64,000 nt of DNA from Pedosphaera sp. (GTDB lineage Bacteria; Verrucomicrobiota; Verrucomicrobiia; Limisphaerales; JADLHS01), in the NCBI GenBank assembly GCA_009695195.1, contig SIBJ01000006.1:9587-73586 (forward strand). The letters are read 5' to 3'. This document shows, one piece after another, positions 57,964 through 64,000 of this stretch (within the stretch, counting starts at the first letter, position 1; each line of letters begins with the position of its first letter). The position numbers and the translations under genes were made by a program. A model generated the notes under the pieces. The model ran no database searches and was not told where the DNA came from. It saw nothing but the letters and a program-made list of their open reading frames with translations.

Positions 57964-59166
57964 CTATCTCCGTCCGCGAAATTCGTCCATCAACTTGAGG
58001 ATGCCCTCGCGGATTTCAAACAACTCCTTGCGCGCCTCGGCGATGGCTTTGTCCGGCAATAGTTTTTTCGGCGCGACGGCTTCGAGGCCGGCCTGGGATT
58101 TGTGCAGGTGATCGAGCGCCCGCTTGAGATACGCAACGGTGAAGGCCGCGTCCGGCTCGTGCCGATCCTGCGCGATGCCATTGAGCGCACCCGCCAGCTT
58201 CGCGCCGGTGGTCATCCATTCGCCGATGAATTGCCCGAGGTCTTTGTCCTCGGATTTCTTCCCCTTGAGTTTGTCCACCAGTTTCCAAAATTTCATCATG
58301 CGCTCCGAACACCGATGCTGGAGCGGGTGGTGGAGGTGCCCGTGCTTGTCGCGAATCCAATCAATCCCTTCGCGATGCGGGTCCGGCTCCGGCTCGGGTT
58401 CATCCAACGCCGCCTCGCAGGCGGCGTTGATTTCCTCGATGCGCCGGTCTTCTTCCTCGGCTTCCTCGGGCGTGAGTTCCTTCAGCCAGCCCATTTCCTT
58501 CGCGATTTTTTCGTGGGCCTCGTCGGAGTGGCCGTATTTGTCGAGCAGCTCGCCGTATTTCTTGGTGCGCGCGTCGGACTCTTTGAGAAACTTCTCGTAA
58601 TCATGCTCGTCCCAGTCCGCTTCCGGAGCTTTCTGGCCGCGCTTGTGTTGATCAATCCCTTCGGTGAGCCGCCGCATGAAATCTTTCATGCCCGCCTCGG
58701 CCTGCTTCGCGCGGTCGGCGTCCTCCGCTGACGTCAATCGCCACTCGGGCGCGGAAATCTGGAGCTCGTAATCCGCGCTCTCGATCACCACGCGCCCGTT
58801 CGCCTCGCCGAACCATTCGAGGTAAAGACAGTTCGCCATGTGCTCGGGAACGTGTTCGCCACGTTTCTTCATCAAGTAAGCGTCCGGCATGGGAATCTCC
58901 ATGACCCGCACCTTCCGCGATGCGGTGAGGTCGCCTATCGTGCCGCGCTGGACCGGATCGAGCGAATCGAGATGCGGATGCGCGATGCGCTTGAGCGGAT
59001 TGGTGAAGGTGAGCAGGCAGCCCGCGAGGTCGGGCCACGCGTTGCCCTTGAGTTCGAGCGCGAGCGGCTTGGCACAACCGTGAATCCAGACTTTGCCGCG
59101 CACGATTCCCTTGACACGATTGTCAATCTCACCGCGCACCACGCTGTCATGAATTCGGAAAGCCAT
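57964..59166 (-). CDS. hypothetical cytoplasmic protein (400 aa)
   Basis: Long ORF with natural composition; N-terminal beta-rich region (RGEIDN..G...G, ANCLYLEWF..NGRVVIE), acidic helical C-terminus; no family recognised. Confidence 0.8.
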   Translation of the reverse strand: MAFRIHDSVVRGEIDNRVKGIVRGKVWIHGCAKPLALELKGNAWPDLAGCLLTFTNPLKRIAHPHLDSLDPVQRGTIGDLTASRKVRVMEIPMPDAYLMKKRGEHVPEHMANCLYLEWFGEANGRVVIESADYELQISAPEWRLTSAEDADRAKQAEAGMKDFMRRLTEGIDQHKRGQKAPEADWDEHDYEKFLKESDARTKKYGELLDKYGHSDEAHEKIAKEMGWLKELTPEEAEEEDRRIEEINAACEAALDEPEPEPDPHREGIDWIRDKHGHLHHPLQHRCSERMMKFWKLVDKLKGKKSEDKDLGQFIGEWMTTGAKLAGALNGIAQDRHEPDAAFTVAYLKRALDHLHKSQAGLEAVAPKKLLPDKAIAEARKELFEIREGILKLMDEFRGRR

Positions 59167-59747
59167 GCGCGGAGAGTAAGGAACCCGCCCGTGCCGGGAA
59201 AAGGGTTTTTGCCTGGGATGAACACCGACCTGCCGCGACGGGCGCGAGCACGGCGGGTGGCGACGGGTTCAAAAGGCCGACAAGAATTTCACGAATTGAC
59301 ACGAATCACCGGGCTTTCCGCCCTCATCAAATTTCGGCGCGACAGGTTGAATCAGCGTGCATCAACGTGCATCTGCGTCAAAACAAGAGACAACTTCTGG
59401 TCAGTAAATGACAAGAATCGGGGAGGCGCGTTTAAGTCTCTATGCCACCGTGCAACCAAGCCGGACACCGAGCGACATGAGCGGGCTCTGCGATTTCGGG
59501 AAAACGCCTGCGGTGCCGGCCGGAATGTTCTTTGAAGAATTTGCCGATTACGGTGCGGCCCACAGTTCAGGTCGGCACCCGAAGTTCCATAAGAACCTAC
59601 CGAACTAATCGAAATTCACCGGGTTTCTCCGCCATCCCCTGGCTGCTTGACCCGGTTTTTTTTTCGCTCCGCCGCAGACCGCAATCACGTTTCAGTTCAT
59701 CAGCCTGCGTTTGCGCCCATCAGCGGTTAAGAACTCACCGCCGGGCT

Positions 59748-59906
59748 TCAAGGTTTCTGCGCCACCACTTTGCCATCCTGCCAGACGTAGATGGGCGTGC
59801 CGAGCCGCCGCGCAGTTTTCCGTGCAACTTTGGCAGGCGGCCGCAACGCACAGTCAACCGCAGCAGCAAAATCTTTGAGCGGTCATTAGCGGGCCGGTGA
59901 TTTCAT
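59748..59906 (-). pseudogene. decayed small basic protein gene
   Basis: ATG AAA TCA CCG GCC CGC TAA TGA, then in-frame PLKDFAAAVDCALRPPAKVARKTARRLGTPIYVWQDGKVVAQKP*. Confidence 0.5.
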
Positions 59907-60220
59907 TCGTGGGAATTAGTGTGATTCGTGTCTCACAGCCCCAGCTTCTTAAAGCGGTTTTTCGCTTCCTTGAAATGAAAATCGCGTGAACAAAGCTCTT
60001 GAAGTTCGCCGGCGCCACTGTCTTGCGCGATGCGGCGCAACGGCCCGGAAACATGCCGAACATCGCCCAGCTCGTGGGCGAGCGTTTGAGCAACGGATTG
60101 GATCCTTCAGTTCCACCCAACCATTCGCAACACGAACGGCGGGCAGGCAGCAGGGCTTACTTGTCGCGTCGAAGCGCAGCGAAGACGAAAGCCACGGATG
60201 AGCACCGATGGACACGGATT

Positions 60221-60437
60221 GGCCATCGGCCACCTGGCGCAACCGGCCCAGGATCGAGCCGAGCAACACCTCCCTCGTCACCGGATGCCGCAGCCCGATG
60301 ACGTGCGAATCGTGCATCCACTCCCACGGCGCGAGGCGGTTGAAATCGTCCGCCGCCGCCGCGATCAACGCCTTCCAAGTTTCGGGCAAGACGCGGGGAA
60401 CGGCGGGTTGATTGGCGCGGGGCTTCGAGTTCGACAC
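60221..60437 (-). pseudogene. truncated N-terminal gene fragment ending at a CACGGATG-type repeat
   Basis: WKALIAAAADDFNRLAPWEWMHDSHVIGLRHPVT...GSILG reads as real protein, then runs into gccacggatgagcaccgatggacacggat (60191-60219). Confidence 0.5.
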
Positions 60438-60490
60438 GCCCGCATTAAAGCCGGACGAGGCAGGCTTGCCAACTCAGGAAAGCGCCGCAG

Positions 60491-61195
60491 TCAGGCCGGC
60501 CCAGCGGGGTTCTCCCACTGTGACAGCACGCGGTCAATGCCGGAGCGCACCTCCGACCGGGCCTGTTGCCGGTCACCATGCTGCATGAGCAACTCGTCGT
60601 AGCGCGTGTGCTCGTGACGGACGTGCGCGATGACCGCCAGACGCAACGCTTCCGGATCAAAATCCTTGGCCGCCGCCGAACGCCCAACCCGCCCGGAATG
60701 TTTCCGGCACGTCCACGCCGCGATGCGCCCCGCGGATTCCGCCGGACAACTTGGAAACATCTCCTTCAACTTCTCTGCGACGGCGGCTTCATATTCGCGA
60801 TCTTCGCCTTCCCGCCGGGCGGCGGCGCGTTCGCGTCGCCGGGCCCGGCTCTCTTCATCCGCAAGACATTCCGTCTCGGCGCAATCAATGGCTTCCCGCG
60901 TCACGAGGATGCCCTGTCGCTCATAACGCTTCCGCGCCCGCGCCCAGCGAACGACCACGGCCCACAACGGTGAATACTTGGCGGCCCGGCGCGTCAGCGC
61001 CGTGTTGCCTGACGTGAGAAACTCCAGATGCCCCAGGTCGGCGCAATCCAGGCACAGCGGGCGGTTGGCCTCCATGCGCAGCAAATTGCCATCAAACAAC
61101 TCGCGCCCGCACCCGGCGCACTCCGTCTCGCGCCGAACCATGAAGACGACGATCTCGCTGGGCTTGCCGGCTGGCTTGGCTTGAGAAGAGTTCAT
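60491..61195 (-). CDS. DUF2293 domain protein with N-terminal zinc ribbon
   Basis: CAGC...CLDC; SGRVGRSAAAK...LRLAVIAHVRHEHTRYDELL. Confidence 0.85.
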   Translation of the reverse strand: MNSSQAKPAGKPSEIVVFMVRRETECAGCGRELFDGNLLRMEANRPLCLDCADLGHLEFLTSGNTALTRRAAKYSPLWAVVVRWARARKRYERQGILVTREAIDCAETECLADEESRARRRERAAARREGEDREYEAAVAEKLKEMFPSCPAESAGRIAAWTCRKHSGRVGRSAAAKDFDPEALRLAVIAHVRHEHTRYDELLMQHGDRQQARSEVRSGIDRVLSQWENPAGPA

Positions 61196-61212
61196 GGCAA
61201 AGCCGGCTCGCT

Positions 61213-64000
61213 TCAAAACGGGCAGTCATCCCGCGCGTTCAACCTGTCTTCCATCGCCTTCATCAACCCCTGGCCGTCGGCAGTGGGTTGACTCACGAAA
61301 TCTTGAAGCGCGGCCATGGGCGCTCCCCACGCCGCGGCGAGCGGCGGCTGGAACGCGTCTTCCAATTTGCCCGGTTCGGGCAGACGATTTTCCACCGCCC
61401 ACGCGCGGGATAACCCCAGTGCCGCGTCCAGCAGCGGCCCGCGCGCTTCGTCGGGCATGCCGCCACCCGCGAGCAGCCGCGCCATCCTGAGCTTGCGCGC
61501 GGCGAGGTCGCGATGCGCTTGTGCGCGCGCCAATTCCTCCGCGCTCATCGGCGCGGGCGTTTCCGCGACCGGATGCAAGGGACGCGACGCACGGCTGACG
61601 GGCGCAATCAATCCGGCGGCGATCAGCCGTTCCAAGGCTTCATGCGTGGCGCGATCCAGGACTTCCAGCCGCACGGGCGGGAAGGATTCCAAGTCCGCGC
61701 ACAGTTCCGCGTGCAACGCTTCGAGGCGTGGCCGATGCAACGCCGCTTGTCCCTCGACCACCACGTAGAGCACCGAATGCGAACCTTCGCGGGGAAAGCG
61801 CTCCTCACACGCGAGCAGCGACGCACCGATTTGGCGGCGCGCTTCTTCGGCAAACGCGCGCGGACGATCCGACGGCTTCGTTGGTTTCAACTCCGCAGCC
61901 ACCGTCGGCTTGGGTGCTTCGCCAACGAGTTGGTTCAGCTTGCTGAGAAACGCCTGGCCGCCGGTGCGGAGCGGGATCGCGCCGAGGTCGCCGCGCCGGT
62001 CCAGCACGCCGTCGGACAGGGCCTGCTTGTTCGCGAGCGTTTCCAACATGCGATGCTCGATGGTATTCTCCGCAACCAGATTGATGACGGTGACGGGGCG
62101 GGTCTGATGCTTGCGCCACGCGCGGGCGATGCGTTGTTCGAGTTTTGCCGGATTCCACGGCAGGTCACAATTCACGACCACGCTGGCGTTTTGAAGATTC
62201 AAACCCGTCGAGCCGGAGTCGGTGCTGAGAAACACGCGGCAGTTGGCGTCAGTCTTGAAGGCGTTGATCTCCGCGCGCCGTTTCTGCTGCGGCACCGAGC
62301 CGGTGTGCCACGCGAAACCCAACTTGAGCCGCCGGCACAGGTCGCGCACGAGTTCGAGCATCTTCTCCCATTCGGAAAAAACGATCACCTTCACACCTTC
62401 GTTCTCGCGGCACTCTTCGAGGATTTTCTCCAGCTCGGCGAGCTTCGGACAATCGCGCACCTTCGGGTCGAGGATGTAAGTCGTGTCGCAGACCATGCGC
62501 ATCATCGCCAGGTGAATCATGAGCCGGTCCTGCTCCTGTTTGGTGAGCGGACGGCGCCTGGCGATGGCGGCCAGGCGCGCGACGACATCCGCGTGGTCAT
62601 CATAGACCTGCTGTTGCTTCGGCGTGAGCTTCACGAAATGCTGGCGGTCGGTGCGGTCGGGCAGTTCCGTTTCCACGTCGCTCTTGCGGCGGCGCAACAT
62701 GTACGGCGCGATGCGTTCGTTGAGTCCGCTCAAGTTGCGATAGCCGCTCGGACGACCGCGCTCGTCGAATTGATAAAACTCACGGTTGAAGCGGAACAAC
62801 GGCCCCAGCACGCGCGCGTCGAGGAAATCCATCAGCGAATAGAGTTCGTCAATGCGGTTCTCGATCGGCGTGCCGGTGAGCACGAACGCGTAACGACTCT
62901 TGAGCCGCTTCACCGCCTGCGTGGTCAACGTGCTCCAGTTCTTGATGCGCTGCGCTTCGTCGAGCACCACCACGTCAGGACGGAAACGCGCGTTGACCTC
63001 CAGCGCGTCGCGGATCATCTGCTCGTAATTGACGACGGTGAAGAAGGTGCCCGCGTCGTAAGCTTCGCGTCGCGCGGCCAGTCCGCCATAGACCAGCCGC
63101 GTCGGTAGATCGGTGAACTGCCGGATTTGATCCTCCCACTCGCCCTTGAGCGACGCGGGCGTGACCACGAGCACGCGCGTGGCGCGGCCCAATCGCTTGA
63201 GCAACGCACACGCGGCGATGGCTTGAATCGTTTTGCCGAGGCCCATTTCATCCGCCAGCAACGCGCGTTCGGTGAAAGCAAGATGCAACATGCCCTCGCG
63301 CTGATACGGAAACAGTGGCACGCGCGTCTCGTGCGCCGGCCATTGGCCGGAGTGAACCTTGAGTTCGTATTCGCGGCGCAATTCCTTGCGCTCGGCGCGG
63401 TGTCGTCGCGCTTCGAGCCACGGATCAATTTCCTGCGAGAGCCGCAACTCGGGCAGATCGGCGGCGCGCAATGTCTCCAGCGCCGCCAACGCGTCCTCCA
63501 CCGTCGCGCCCGCCAGGCGCCCGTCATCGGCGAACCAGTTCCGCACGGCGGCGGGCAGCCGCGCCAGCCAGCGCTCGACGCGCAACGTGTCCGCCGCGTC
63601 ATCCGTCACCACGTCCACGCGCGGCGAACCGTCCTTGACCGCCTGCGCGAACAACCGCTTGAACCGCGCTTCAAGATGCAGCAACACCGCCTCGACGTGT
63701 TTGCAAGTGCCGAGACCGTTCTTGCGAAAATCCTGGCACGCGCAGGCGAACTGCCGGTCCGTCACGTCGCGAATCTCGACCGCGTACGTCAGCCCGCTGC
63801 GCGAGCCGACGGAGAAATTCGAGAAGACCGGAAACCGCGCGTCGGCATTGCGGATGACGAACGCGCCGTCGCGCGCCCGCAACCGGCGGCGATTGATTTC
63901 ATCCTCGTCCGTGGTCCGCCAATCATGCGCCGGCGGCAGCGAGATTTCCGGTTCGGATTCGGCGCCCGTTCGTTGGGACTTATTGCGCGCCAGTTTGGCG
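61213..64000 (-). CDS. SWIM zinc finger - SNF2 family helicase, 5' end outside window
   Basis: CACQDF...TCKH SWIM; LADEMGLGKT, LDEAQRIKN, LTGTPIEN, GLNLQ, WNPAKLEQRIARA; frame stays open to the window edge. Confidence 0.93.
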   Translation of the reverse strand, partial: AKLARNKSQRTGAESEPEISLPPAHDWRTTDEDEINRRRLRARDGAFVIRNADARFPVFSNFSVGSRSGLTYAVEIRDVTDRQFACACQDFRKNGLGTCKHVEAVLLHLEARFKRLFAQAVKDGSPRVDVVTDDAADTLRVERWLARLPAAVRNWFADDGRLAGATVEDALAALETLRAADLPELRLSQEIDPWLEARRHRAERKELRREYELKVHSGQWPAHETRVPLFPYQREGMLHLAFTERALLADEMGLGKTIQAIAACALLKRLGRATRVLVVTPASLKGEWEDQIRQFTDLPTRLVYGGLAARREAYDAGTFFTVVNYEQMIRDALEVNARFRPDVVVLDEAQRIKNWSTLTTQAVKRLKSRYAFVLTGTPIENRIDELYSLMDFLDARVLGPLFRFNREFYQFDERGRPSGYRNLSGLNERIAPYMLRRRKSDVETELPDRTDRQHFVKLTPKQQQVYDDHADVVARLAAIARRRPLTKQEQDRLMIHLAMMRMVCDTTYILDPKVRDCPKLAELEKILEECRENEGVKVIVFSEWEKMLELVRDLCRRLKLGFAWHTGSVPQQKRRAEINAFKTDANCRVFLSTDSGSTGLNLQNASVVVNCDLPWNPAKLEQRIARAWRKHQTRPVTVINLVAENTIEHRMLETLANKQALSDGVLDRRGDLGAIPLRTGGQAFLSKLNQLVGEAPKPTVAAELKPTKPSDRPRAFAEEARRQIGASLLACEERFPREGSHSVLYVVVEGQAALHRPRLEALHAELCADLESFPPVRLEVLDRATHEALERLIAAGLIAPVSRASRPLHPVAETPAPMSAEELARAQAHRDLAARKLRMARLLAGGGMPDEARGPLLDAALGLSRAWAVENRLPEPGKLEDAFQPPLAAAWGAPMAALQDFVSQPTADGQGLMKAMEDRLNARDDCPF

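Noticed and set aside
61513..63108. 531-aa plus-strand ORF within the SNF2 gene
   Set aside because: Antisense shadow

Overview
High-GC bacterial chromosome segment, most consistent with Verrucomicrobiota (PVC group). This rests on DUF1501/DUF1549-DUF1553 genes, H-X9-DG prepilin-like proteins, a PEP-CTERM/exosortase system, GYF_2 membrane proteins and dense REP-like palindromes; all family calls are from motif recognition, not database searches. Contents in order: two alpha/beta hydrolases; a Tat-exported TIM-barrel protein; a complete fadE-fadD-fadN-fadA-etfB-etfA-(insert)-fadF beta-oxidation cluster; a minus-strand operon headed by a cytoplasmic GH84 enzyme resembling animal O-GlcNAcase (catalytic + stalk), with a separate GNAT resembling the OGA pseudo-HAT domain, a phosphodiesterase, a DegT aminotransferase, an orphan PTS EIIC and a ceramidase-like protein; four tandem GYF_2 membrane-protein paralogues with DUF2752 and TPR genes; an RpoD-type sigma factor; a sigma54-driven PEP-CTERM/exosortase/EPS-export locus whose Wzc-like gene appears frameshifted at an A7 run; MetE-like and cytidylyltransferase genes; YccA; a DUF1553/DUF1501 pair split by a repeat-flanked four-helix-bundle gene; a trypsin-like protease beside a lipoprotein resembling its own pro-domain; an MFS transporter; a decayed region; DUF2293; and a 5'-truncated SWIM-SNF2 helicase. 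About ten palindromic repeat families are present, three copies lying in-frame inside genes. No rRNA, tRNA, CRISPR array or transposase was seen.
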